The position numbers and the translations under genes were made by a program. The notes below the pieces were generated by a model. That model ran no database searches. It saw only the letters and a program-made list of their open reading frames with translations, and was not told the origin of the DNA. Positions 1 to 12,121 of a stretch of 64,000 bases of DNA are shown in pieces. The stretch lies in assembly GCF_006345805.1 (NCBI RefSeq), contig NC_043002.1, positions 43,462,001 to 43,526,000 of the forward strand, in the 5' to 3' direction. Within the stretch, counting starts at the first letter, position 1. Every line of letters starts with the position of its first letter. The stretch is from Octopus sinensis. Its lineage: Eukaryota.

Positions 1-2051
1 GCAAAACCGTCTGCGTGTTAGCTATTCACTTCATTAATTCAACGACAACTAATCTACTCAATACTAGAATTCTTGTCTCCTTGTAAAGAAAAGTTCAGAC
101 GGCAGTGTCAACATAGGAAAGACAATGCATCCTATTCATGCATCTTTCTTCTCAAATCAGTTCTAGCCTCTGTCCATCCCTTTTCGTAAAGTGTAATTAC
201 ATAGAAAAATTGCTTTGCGAGAATGTAGTGCACAGAAGATTAAATTTATACCACAGTCTCAATCATATAAACAACTACAGCAAAAACTTCTGCTTGTATA
301 CTAGAATAAAGAAAGTCTAGTGCATTGAAATTATTTGGTTCCCCCATTCCAATATATTCTATCAGTATTTTTCCTTCTAATATAAGTAAAATAGAGTATT
401 TTATTTTTTATTAGAGATTGGAACTCCGATTTCCGTTATTCGTTTTTTCCTTTTGTTGCTGTTGTTTTCTTTTTGATAAGATTATTTTCTTTTTAAATAG
501 ACTTCATATTATGTAGATCAATAATGATCACAAATGTTTAATTTATATTTTTTTTTGTTTATCCAATCAGCTCACTATTTCTTTGAGCCAAGCGTTATTT
601 CTCACCCCCTCTTTCTCTCCCTCCCTCTCTCTGTATGGAAGTGAGTATTTACGTATATGTATGTGTGTACGTATATCTAATTGTATTAGAGTATGTACAT
701 TTGTCTTTTGGTTATCTTAATTTTGATGCCATGTGTATTATACGTTTTGCAAAATTTTATGACGATTAAAACTAAAATATCAGGTACATCGATTATGACA
801 TGTAAAGCATTCTCGTTCTGGTGGTTTACAATTCCCACCAATCTTTAATTCATATTCTTTGCCTCCCAACAATAACTGACTTATAGAAACACGCAATTAA
901 TATCAAACACGTCCTGTTCGCCACTGTGGAAGAAATTACAAGAACTATGGCCACCTCTTTTCCATCACGCATTAATTAATATAAGATATTCATCAAACAG
1001 AGTTAGATCTCTATCACAAATTTAATAATTCATTTTCTATACTATATCTGAATGGACTTGGATTACACTCAGAATTTGATTACTTCTTTCATTTTATACA
1101 GGATTAAACCGATAACACTGTCGACGCTGAAACTACCGCACACTTAACAACTGAAACATATCATAGGTTACAGAGCCATTTTATAGAACCGGATATAATC
1201 GATCTAACCGTGGTGATTTATTTGAATCGTTTTGAAGCTCACACAAATATATAGGCTGAAATATGGCCGTTAGCACTGTAAGCGCATTTGAAGGTCTTCG
1301 TCGGTTTGAGTTTTGTCAAGTTGATATGTATAGCTTGAGGAAAAATAGTCAATTATCCTGCTTCTCATAATAACTGGTGACAAGAATACATCTATGAATA
1401 ATGAAAGTGTCAATTATGCCAGTTTTACTTCCTCGTTTAAGATTTATATAGATTTTGTATTTATCTATCAGATGGAGCATTATGTCTCTTGTGAGAAAGA
1501 CCTTCCAGTATTCTTTCCATATTTGTGTGGTCGGAGTTCAAACACCACTGAAGTCAACTTTACTTTCATCTTTTGGGGTCAGTATTTTAAAGAACTAACC
1601 GACTTCTCACCCTTTCTATCTATCTGTCCAAATTTCTTTCTTTTTTTCCTCATTTTCCTTCACTCTCTTTCTCTCTGAAAGAATTAGAATCTGGAGAGAA
1701 ATGAGGTTGACCAGGCTCTACTGGACTCGCCGTAAGTCACGACACTGCTCCAACGACTCTATCAGATGTTAAAAGTTCACCACCATTAAAAGTATTTATA
1801 GGTGCAGTCATAGTGGTGTGGTTAAAACATTCGTTTCACAACTACGTGTATCTTAGTCCGACTTGGGTAAATATCTTGGGTCTGATATAACATCTGGCTC
1901 ATCAATACCTTGTAAGTAGAATCTGATAGACAGAAATATATAAATACACACACATACGAAATGAAGTGGCATTCAACACATTTGTTAGGAGTGTCATATA
2001 TAATAATGGTTTGGCTTCTTGCAACATTAGGTTTAGTACCTCAAACTTATT

Positions 2052-2055
<4 letters not shown>

Positions 2056-2089
<34 letters not shown>

Positions 2090-2362
2090 TGGAGCAATCT
2101 CGAGTATAATCAACCGAAATTGCAAAGATAATCTGGAACTCGACTGAGGATAGAAAACTCCAAATGACCCGGCCTTGTTTTCTTTGTATCGTCTGTCTGG
2201 ATGTTTTGCGTTCTTGTCCCATTTTTGTATTACACACACACACACACACACATACACACACACTCTCTCTCTCTCTCTCCCTCTCTCTCTCTCTCCCTCT
2301 CTCTCTCTCTCTCCCTCTCTCTCTCTATATATATATATATATAAAACACATCGTTGCGATGC

Positions 2363-2399
<37 letters not shown>

Positions 2400-2400
2400 G
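2056..2400. repeat. compound microsatellite (TA)n/(CA)n/(CT)n/(GA)n
   Basis: Directly visible dinucleotide runs. Confidence 0.9.
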
Positions 2401-2665
2401 GATAAAGAGAGAGGGGGAGGGAGATAAGTTGAACTGATGCCACACTCAGCATATAGTTCGGATCTAGCTCCCTCGAATTATTACTTCTTACGATTCATGG
2501 CTCACTTCCATCGCTCGCAACGCTTTATCAACCAAGAGTGGAAGAAAGCTTCAGTGAAGGTGTTCTTCGTCTCGAAGCACAATAAATGCTACCAGCGTTG
2601 GGTCAAAGAACTACTAGAAAGGTGATCTTAGACGGCGCAACAAGATGACCTCTGCTTTCAATGCT
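2340..2665 (+). mobile_element. mariner transposase C-terminal remnant interrupted by (GA)n
   Basis: MPHSAYSSDLAPSNYYFLRFMAHF...KVFFVSK...YQRWVKELLER resembles the mariner HPPYSPDLAPSDYHLF tail. Confidence 0.7.
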
Positions 2666-2799
2666 AGGCTGTTTTTGGCTGTACCTTGAATAACGCAAAG
2701 AAGTTACGAAAATATTGCAAAATTGTTGACTCAACACAATACTTACATACATACAAATATACATATATACATACATGCATATATGTGTATATATATATA

Positions 2800-2837
<38 letters not shown>

Positions 2838-3289
2838 CGCGCGAAAAATAGGAAGGAAGATAAGTGGGCGATAAACAGTTTGCAGGAGATATGAGAGGAA
2901 TGATAAATGAAAGTCACAAAAGGAATTATATAAATTATCGTAGAATACGGTGAATTCTGACAGATACTTCCCCAAACTAGAAGTGCATGCCAACCCCACA
3001 ACCCCAGCTTGGATTAAATGAGATTGTTGTGCTATATGTTGTTCTACACGTTATGTAAAAGAGCTGGAAGGTGTGTCAGATGCTCAGGTGAACCTCGATT
3101 TAATTACAGTATGTTTTCATATCAATCTTCGCATCAACATCCAAGTTATGCATCGTGGAATCATTTCTACGTAATTATTATTTGGCGTCAAAATTACGCA
3201 GTTGGGAGCCAACAAAGAATCACAGTCTATACATGCACACACAACCTATAAATAGATATTTCCAAACATCCTTTATATACATACATATA

Positions 3290-3294
3290 TACAT

Positions 3295-3331
<37 letters not shown>

Positions 3332-3386
3332 ACACACACACATACACATACATATAGTATTATATATATATATGAATGTGTGTGTA

Positions 3387-3456
<70 letters not shown>

Positions 3457-3475
3457 TATGTATGTATGTATATGA
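3290..3475. repeat. compound (CA)n/(TA)n microsatellite
   Basis: Directly visible. Confidence 0.95.
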
Positions 3476-4068
3476 TATCATATAATCTCATATCATATTG
3501 TATAGGCGTGTGACTTCGGGCAATAAATTTCATCTGATCTTCTATAATAGTTACTCCTCTAATATAATCATAGAATTAGGAATCATGGACTAAAATCCCT
3601 CGCTGGTAAAAATTTACAATAAGATTTCAAACTAGAGTAGATCTTGTAACTGAAATGTTAATTTTTAGTATAGGCAGAAGGGTACGCACTAATTCAATCA
3701 TCCTTAGAACGATGATAAACTAAGTTGACATGAGCGGGAATGCAGCCCAGAGGATAACGAGACGTTACTAAATGCTTTTTTGTCATTTTTTTCTATCGAC
3801 TTTCTGCCAGTTACAAAAAATTTATTTCTAATATAGACACAAAAGTCATTAGTATGGTTGATAGGTATAGTCAGATATAGTGTACCCCAACTCTCGGCTA
3901 TTACTTACATTTTGGACAGCGGAAAAATGAAAAGCAAAATCGGGTTCTGTGCGATTTGCATTCAGAAAATGAGCGTACGTAATGAAGTACTGAAAATATA
4001 TTTTGTGTGATGTTTCGATTCTGCCCTTACATCACTATAGACTGTCCATTGATATTGGTTTCAAATTT

Positions 4069-4232
4069 TGGCACAAGGCCAACAAATTCGGGTAATGAGT
4101 TTAAGTCGAACATATTGACCCTTGTGTTCAAATGGTACTTAATTTATCGACCTCGAAATAATAGAAGGTAAACTTGACCGCGACAGAACTTGAACACAGA
4201 ATGCAAAGCCGGACGAAATGTCGCTAAGCGCG
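4069..4232 (-). mobile_element. degenerate tRNA-derived SINE (family A)
   Basis: ggtacttaatttatcgacctcgaaa ... ttgaacacagaatgcaaagccggacgaaat aligns by eye with the intact copies at 7045 and 44097. Confidence 0.6.
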
Positions 4233-4247
4233 ATAGCAACTCTGCCG

Positions 4248-4395
4248 ACTCAACATATTCCCCTCTCAGATTCACACACTTATTGCAGCGGTCCTTTAGT
4301 TTTTCTAAGACCTGTGAAAAAACTCGGAATGATGTGCCTCCAATCAGGCCTTTCGCGATATTCTTAAACCGGGAACTTTTCAGCACACTCTCGTA
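4248..4395 (-). mobile_element. half of a mariner-derived MITE
   Basis: Minus strand encodes EKLKDRCNKCVNLRGEYVE (mariner C-terminus); ends in TIR-like aacttttcagcacactctcg+TA; same family as 16776-16984. Confidence 0.7.
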
Positions 4396-4667
4396 CCTTA
4401 AACAAGTTAGCATCAAGTTTTATCTGTATATATCAATTTGCAGTTGAGTTTCAGTATATAACTTCAAGTATTACTGACAGTCTGAGTGGAAATAATATTG
4501 AATCTAGGATACAGCTTGGCTTGACTCCCACTATAACATCAAACTGTACAGGGTCAGAATTCAGCTGCAGAATCTGAACTCTCATCCCAGCGTGTAGGGA
4601 CTCGAGAAAATTTTGCGTGAAAACTTTTCAGGACATCCAAACCTTGTGAGTACCTACCACTGGCTCG

Positions 4668-5085
4668 ACTTTTCTCCTGTATCGAAGACGAAATTCAATG
4701 CTTTTCCTGTTCCACACATTTCTCCTGGCGTTGACAGTGATGGAATATCATATCCAAAGTAATTTCTTTCACACATACTTGTGATGAGGAACACTAGTAG
4801 TTTTCTCACTAAATCTATACAGTAATCTTCTTGCGAAAATCTTCTCGATTGCAATAAGTAGAGAAATCTATCGATAGTTCTTGCATTTATTCCTCATGAC
4901 CTTATTGAACATGGGGTCAATGCTAGCATCCTTCTAGTCCTGCGAATCTTCACCAGCCTTACATAATTCTAGAATCAGCTGGTAGAGACACCAAATTAAT
5001 TTGTCTCGTTTATTTTTCTATTCTTCTTCTAAGATTCTCACCAATTCTGGTGCCTTTCTATATGAGAGTGATCTAGATGCAAGAA
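4668..5085 (-). mobile_element. RTE-clade LINE RT remnant (stops and frameshifts)
   Basis: Minus-strand reading KAPEL...LIWCLYQLILELCKAGEDSQD*KDASIDPMFNK...KCKNYR*ISLLIAIEKIFARRL...DMIFHHCQRQEKCVEQEK, typical of RTE RT subdomains 0-2. Confidence 0.75.
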
Positions 5086-6723
5086 GCACCTCCTTTAGAT
5101 AACGCAGAAAATCGTAGCTGATACCAGTGGCATGAGTAATTTCTATTCTGGACTAAGTGATGTAAAAGAAGTTAAGAAAGAGACTATGGTACACACCTTA
5201 GATTATCTGATGGACTATGAATGTTCCAGATAAAAAAAGGGGGATGTTCCAGATAAAAAGTTCAATGCATCCAAAAATGTCGGGCAGAAAACACTGGAAA
5301 TGTGACATGTCGTATTACTGATTAAATTACAAGACAATGTGAAATAATCGATAGCATATTTATTTCTATGACATTTTAAACAGATTTTTACGAAGGATAT
5401 GACAACTCAAAAAGGGAAAAAATATTTCTATTAATAGCATTATCTAATTATCAAATAATTCATTGTCTAATTATTTCATTACTAAATATTTTCGAGTAAA
5501 ATGTGAAAGCGTACTTGTTTATTCTTTTTTGTTAAATATTGCATCATACATTTTTGAAAATTCTGTTGTTGCCCACGTAAAGTCATTCTTTTTTCCATTT
5601 TAATTTTACGACTAATTCATTGAATTAAATTATCAATTATAACGATCATCTTAGATCATTATTATTTATTAAATACTTTTCCTGTGACTTGTAACAAGAC
5701 TTGTTTTGTTTTTCTTTTCTTTTATCTTCAGCAGAAATGTATCTTTTTCTAAATGATATTGGTATATATAGTGAAAATGGCTTCCAGCAGGAAGCAGTCA
5801 AATAGAGTAGCCTCTAGCATCAATCGAACTGATTGAAATAGCAATCAATTCTCCCTCAACTCAAACTCCACAAAAGAGGACAGATTAAATAATGTAGGCC
5901 TAGATACCCATCAGAAGAGAGGATAGCCATGGCTGAGATGCATTTTGTGTTAAATCGGGATTAGCCTGGAAATACATACCCTTAACAAAACAACAACAAA
6001 AACAACAACGACAACAACCATTTATGTATGTCTTGAATAAAATAAATTTGAAGTTACTTTTAATCAGCAACTGTTGATTTCAAAAAAGAAATGTTGATGT
6101 AACTGTTGATATGAACTGGATATTATGTGACTTCGAAATACAAAGATTATCAACCTGAGGATATGTTCATTAAATAGCGAAAGATAAAATCGATGTTGCT
6201 ATCGCAGATCACGGATTCCTTAGGATGATAATGACGACGACGACGACAACAACAACAACTACGACAACAACGATAACGATGATGATGATTCATTGAATAT
6301 ACACAAAAGGCGAATATTGGTTTATTTAAATATGTACAAAGTCCCACAGTGTACGGTGACTATTACACGTTTCTCCATGGCATTAACACTGTATGTGGCA
6401 CCAATTGGCTTAACCTAGGACAGAACCTATACTGCAAGTTTAGCCTGTTGGTAATTTAACTTTTGCACTACAACGCTTGTTTAACAGACGAGAAAATACA
6501 TCATTAGATTATTAAAGTGTGAAAGTTTTAATTAAGCTAGCAGACGGCTAACTTTGCTTCGTAGCTGTATAAACTGTCGGAGCAATATGGTTTAAAATAA
6601 TATCAATAAACAACCATCCTGTTTAAACAAACTCGAACAAAATTTCAGATTTTTATTAGTTAACGCTTAATGAAATTTGTTATATAACTATTAACTAGCT
6701 CTCCCCTTTCTATTTCATTGCAG

Positions 6724-6825
6724 GTTCTGGAATTTTCATTTCACCGAAAGGAGTCCTTTCGAATTCAGGGTCTGTTGCTCTTAGTTTGATTGTGTGGGCA
6801 GGATGTGGAGTATTGGCAACATTTG
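6724..6825 (+). CDS. SLC7A9: SLC7 light chain (b(0,+)AT/SLC7A9-like), first exon in window (TM1 end to TM2)
   Basis: Acceptor ttcattgcag| and donor |gtaaga; phase 1-1, 102 nt; translates (G)[33 protein letters not shown](G), the SLC7 GSGIF motif. Symbol means SLC7A9-like; orthology not tested. Confidence 0.93.
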
Positions 6826-7044
6826 GTAAGAATTTTCAAATGATTTCGTTTTCTTCTTCGAGGATATTATGAGTCGTCAATTTTTCGAGTCCTGTCTTAC
6901 TTTTTATTGGAAGATTTAGAAGTTGTGAAACAACTACGTCATATATTTCTACTTTCTTTTCAGAAATTAGTGCTATCAGGAAAGAAATGTACTTTTCAAG
7001 CAGCAAAAATATAATGTAGAACGAATATTCAGTTTGTAATTAAG

Positions 7045-7276
7045 TATTTCTTTACTGCTCACAAGGGGCTAAACATAGAGGGGACAAACAAGGACAGACA
7101 AAGGAATTAAGTCGGTTACATCGACTCCAGTGGGAAATTGGTACTTTATTTATCGACCCCGAAAGGATGAAAGGCAAAGTCGACCTCGGCGAAATTTGAA
7201 CTCAGAACGTAACGACAGACGAAATACGGCTACGCATTTCGCCCGGCGTGCTAAAGTTTCTGCCAGCTCGCCGCCC
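7045..7276 (-). mobile_element. tRNA-derived SINE, family A (core gcctttcatcctttcggggtcgataa..aagtacca; MetaSINE-like by inference)
   Basis: Reverse complement starts ggcggcgagctggcagaa (A-box-like) with gagttcaaatt (B-box-like); near-identical copies at 8601 and 33834. Confidence 0.88.
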
Positions 7277-8600
7277 TATTAAGGGCAACACATTCCTACA
7301 GTTGCTTATCACCAAAGGCGATGGGAATCAGTGATTATACAAAGACGTACATATTTGTCATCTTATTGGATGCCTGAATGATTTTTGAGGGTTTACTAGT
7401 TATCAGTGAATGTGTGTTTATCACACTACCTAAACATAAATGGTAGATATGGTATCAGTGTCAAAATTTTCACACTGATATACTTTCAGTTGCAGTAAAA
7501 GTACAAGTTGGATGATACTAACCATGCTTATCCTGGCCGTTATTCAGCAATTTACTTCTTGCTGCATAAAAAACGATGAATTCTATTCTTATCGGTTATC
7601 TCAAAACGCAATTTTCACCGATAATTAAAGACATATCAAACTCGACACTAATATTTCTTTTTTCTGATGGTGATGGTTTGGCAACATTATTGAAGCGAGT
7701 GAAAAATGCTTTATAGGATTTAGTTATGACTATTCACATTCTGAGTTCAGATCCTTTCTGTGTTAGAATTTGTTTCTCATCAGTCTGGGTTCTATGAAAT
7801 AAACTCCGAGCCAAATACTAGGCTCGATACAAAAACAAACACATCCTTCCTTTTAAAAGAAAGAAGTTGAAGCTGTAAAGTATCCAAGTCTCTGATGTGT
7901 AAACTTGTTTCAAAGCTGGATGCATTTGTTCAATTTTTTTTTGGGGGGGGGGATCATCGTCCGCTGTAGTGAATATGGTTAACAGATAAGAAAACGGAAC
8001 TCGAAAATGTAACGTGACTAATTGGCGGTGCCCCAGCATGGCCACAGCTCGTGAGCTGAAACTAGATGAAATAAAAAAAAAATTCAATGTTTTTCTAACA
8101 GCTACTTTTCTATTTATGCTTCCATGATCAATAATATAAATACCACGAAATAACAAGGAAACTTCTCTGTAGTATCGTTCAAATGTTTTTAGAAATAGCA
8201 GCCAAATCTCTCTCAAATCACATATTGTCTTCAAAATCGAAGGGACATATTAGACCGTGTAATCCTTAATAAAAACAAAATGGAAAAAGGACAAAACTAT
8301 GGTAAAATCTGGAATGCCTTTGCTCATAGGTTTGATCTGTCAGAGCTAGCTCAGGGACTAAAGAACAATAATTAAGTACCATAAATATAATGCTTATAAT
8401 ACTATTAAAACGATCAATTAAAAAAGCCTTCCCTACATTCTTTGGACTTTGTACCCAATCGAAAAAAAGTGGAATATTCGTGTGCATCGACACTTTCATT
8501 CTCGATATTTAAGTCTTTTACAATTAATTCATCAGAATTAGGTGATTCATTATAAAGATCAAATAATGATAATAAAAGGTTAAGATGTAATATATTCGTT

Positions 8601-8823
8601 TCTTTATTTCCCACAAGGGGCTAAACACAGAGGGGACAAACAAGGACAGACAAACTGATTAAGTCGATTACATCGACCCCAGTGCGTAACTGGTACTTAT
8701 TTAATCGACACCCCGAAAGGATGAAAGGCAAAGTCGACCTCGACGGAATTTGAACTCAGAGCATAGCGGCAGACGAAATACCGCTAAGCATTTCGCCCGG
8801 CGTGCTAACGTTTCTGGCAGCTC
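8601..8823 (-). mobile_element. SINE family A copy
   Basis: High identity by eye to 7045-7276. Confidence 0.88.
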
Positions 8824-8899
8824 AACCAATTAGGTTACGAAATTACACAGTGTAACAAAATTTTTACTTTTTTTGTTTTTGGTCAGTAAGCGTTAATTC

Positions 8900-9235
8900 C
8901 TAATTGCTTCTATCTAGAAATCAAAGGAAATTACAGATATCTCCTTCAAACTTTGCTTTTGCGACCTGGACATCAATGTTTTGAAAATCCCCTATTTTCC
9001 ATTACAAAACAGATTCAGCTCTGAGTTGCTGAAGCAGGAATATCGCTATAGCGAATGCTCGATACCACTGATTTGCTTGTCAGTTTCTTGATCTTAACCA
9101 CCTGAACATGTCCCTTAGTGGCTGGCAATATATGCATCTCTGATCATGAGCTGGAGTAGTGGAGAAGCATCATAGCCATGTGTTGAGAGGGATTCTTTGG
9201 GGTTTGAATAAATGTAACAAAAGCAAAATTTGAAG
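8900..9235. repeat. unclassified interspersed repeat
   Basis: Contains the motif ttgagagggattctttggggtttga, whose reverse complement resembles the tagaaatagcagccaaatctctctcaaatcac family seen at ~5830, ~8190, ~56270 and ~60990. Confidence 0.45.
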
Positions 9236-10227
9236 GTAATACGAACCATTTTTCAAAGTTTCTAGGGATAAGCAAATTGGAAATAACAATCGATACCCAA
9301 GGACAACGTTCATGTTTCACAGTGTATCTGCATAACACTGTCCACACTACACTATGTCTTTCTATCATATGAGTTTATATACATAATGTCTTATTACAGT
9401 TGACATAGAACGTTGTAGGGCTGGATATCCTTAAGTAATTGGATAAGTTTATTTTTCTCTTACTGAAGTGATTTTGTTAGCTTCATTTTTAAATACGAAA
9501 CCTATTAATATTTTTATATCGAGCATGGACCGTAGATTACAGGATACTATGATGAAGTTCCGATTCTGCAACCTAGATTGCACTACTGGTCGAAGCCAAT
9601 TCCATTTGATGCTAATAGCTTCAGAAAAGAAGGGATGCCACATAAATACCCGCAATTTATGAAAAATGCTCTCTTTACAAAATTACAAAAATATGAAATA
9701 TACAGTCCAAGTTACATTGTGCTTTATATCCACATGTCCGTCATCTGAATACCTACTTGTATCAGTTTCCTTTCTGACGCCGACCGTGGAATGAATTTTC
9801 TGTATACTTCATGGATTAATATACACATCAATAGGGATGTCACACATCACTTGACGGGCCGCTGTCTTAAGTTTTACTTCACCAACTACGAAAGTGTGCG
9901 CTGAAGATCATTATGAGAAATTACCGATATTAGTAATAAAGCCATCATAGAGAATTTGCTGCAGACACAGAATATGAATATACATTACACTTCTGCATAA
10001 TTGGTAATGAGTGCCTTGGTGTTTTATACAAGAAAAAAATATAGCATCAAAATATTTTGTTTACATCATTTCTTTTTATCCATCTATGTATCCTCCCCTT
10101 CTCTCTCTTTCTCTCTCTCTCTCAGACATGAATATAAATATATATATATATATGTTTGTATATGATATGGTACGTGGGTATGCGTGTATCCTTTATTTGT
10201 TCTCTCTTTTTTTTAAATATTTTACAG

Positions 10228-10491
10228 GAGCTCTAAGTTATGCCGAACTTGGAACATGTGTGCCGAAATCTGGAGCAGAACACGCCTACTTTCTATTCGC
10301 TTATAGTCCGCTGGGCAAGATTTTCGGCCGAATACCATGTTTTCTATTTGACTGGGTTGGTCTATTCATTATCCGACCAACCATGTTTGCTGTAATCAGT
10401 TTATCATTGGGAACATACGCTGCAAAACCTTTTTACGAAAATTGCGACCCACCAGATTCTGTGGTCAAACTCATCACTATTGCTACGATGT
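10228..10491 (+). CDS. SLC7A9: SLC7A9-like exon (TM2-TM4)
   Basis: tttacag| ... |gtaagt; phase 1-1, 264 nt; ALSYAELGTCVPKSGAEHAYFLFAYSPLGKIFGRIPCFLFDWVGLFIIRPTMFAVISLSLGTYAAKPFYENCDPPDSVVKLITIATM; contains the AELG motif and the PFY..C.PP heavy-chain cysteine loop. Confidence 0.95.
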
Positions 10492-10498
10492 GTAAGTT

Positions 10499-10538
<40 letters not shown>

Positions 10539-10886
10539 GCTGCCGCTGCTGTGAGACAAATAAGTTTAATAATTGTTCTATAAGAGGAAAAGAAATGTTA
10601 GGTAACAATACTATATTATTCTAATTCCTTTTTATTGGCCACTGGGGCTACCAAAACATTTTGGACCTGACAAAAACAAAGAGCAGTTTACACAGAAATG
10701 TGTAAACACTAGAAACAATAACAGTTCACATAAAAGAATTTAACAAATTCTAACAAATTCCCCAATAGGAGAAAATACTCAACAATGGGCAACTAAGGAG
10801 CCCCACAGATCTTGAGCCAACCTACTCAGCAAAAATTCATCATCAGCATCATCATCATCATCATCATCATCGTCATCGTCGTCAAT

Positions 10887-10921
<35 letters not shown>

Positions 10922-10929
10922 TATTATTT

Positions 10930-11997
10930 CTTATTATCTCAGGTTTTGTTGGAACTCCTGGAGTCTTGAGTGTGTAGCGGGCTTGCAGCCTGCAGCTTAC
11001 GGTACCATGCTATCCGTTCTTTTCAATTATCTAATACTTTCCTGATTATTCTGGCTGTGCCAAGGAGGCAAACACTTTGTAACAGTTTTACTGGGTACTC
11101 TATTTCGATTTCCTTTATGCTCCTCTCGATGCCTTCTGATGCTGTCCCCAAGGATCCAACTATAATTGGCTCTATCTTCACCTTCTTCATTTCATAGCTA
11201 TTTCGTACTTAAGAGGGTTGCATTAATCTGCTCTTTCGCTTTCCTTCTTGACTATTCGTGCTTCAAAAGGAAATTAATATCAATTATATAGTACATATGA
11301 TGCAACTTGTCAACCACCACTAGGTCCGGTCTGTTATGCTCTAGTACCTGATCTGTTTGGATTGAGAAATCCCAGAGAATTTTACAAGTCTCCAACAAGA
11401 GACTCTGCCACTCCCTGCGGTTTGTACTCACACCCCGTCTTAACTCTCTTTATCCCCATTTTTCGCACAGTCTCCAATGCAGCACTTTCGCTACCTAGTC
11501 GTGTCGCCACAATTTGTAGTGGTTTTGGACAAGTCTATGGCATTCGTTCATGATATCGGCAACGGTTTCATCCACTCTATTACTGATGCAGCACAGCGGA
11601 GACACTTGCACATTTTTAAGGTTGACCCTCCAATTCGTGGCCAAATTTTGGTCAATCCCAACTATGTTTCTAGGAACTTCTGTTGTGGCTACATGGAATT
11701 AATTGTGTAGTCCCTTGTTGGGTAATGGTTCTTCCTTTGTTTTTCATTTTTTTCTCTCCTTTCAATACTTCCTCATTCTTAACTAACACTAGCAAGGTTT
11801 CTTTACTTTGCGATGGGTATCTCATTAAGCTCTCGTGTTCCATATGTACGCAGTCTTCCACACTTATTAGTCCTCTTCGTCCATTTGCTCACTTCATGTA
11901 TAGGCGACTAGTGACTGCACGTGGATGATGGGCTCCATGCATCGTTAGGACCTTTCTTGTCTTCCTGTCTAACTCCTTTAGCTCCTTCTCTGTCCAC
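10930..11997 (-). mobile_element. R4/Dong-like non-LTR retrotransposon, 3' part (zinc knuckle + restriction-like endonuclease), decayed
   Basis: Minus strand: ...DETVADIMNECHRL...RHD*VAKVLHWRLCEKWG...KILWDFSIQTDQVLEHNRPDLVV...PIIVGSLGTASEGIERSIKEIEIEYPVKLLQSVCLLGTARIIRKVLDN; flanked by (ATC/ATT)n arrays. Confidence 0.85.
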
Positions 11998-12055
<58 letters not shown>

Positions 12056-12074
12056 GCTGTTGTTGTCGTCGTCG

Positions 12075-12108
<34 letters not shown>

Positions 12109-12121
12109 TATTATTATTCCT

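Noticed and set aside
2033-3481. Many ORFs with HT/YI/CV/LS/ER dipeptide runs (here and throughout the window)
   Set aside because: They are translations of stop-free microsatellites.
1-6723. Upstream SLC7 exon encoding the start of TM1 (..VGT.IG)
   Set aside because: No open segment ending in a suitable phase-1 donor was found by eye; it presumably lies 5' of the window.
10011-10583. 190-aa ORF as a stand-alone gene
   Set aside because: It is the 10228-10491 exon plus intronic read-through, including an (ACT)n poly-Thr run.
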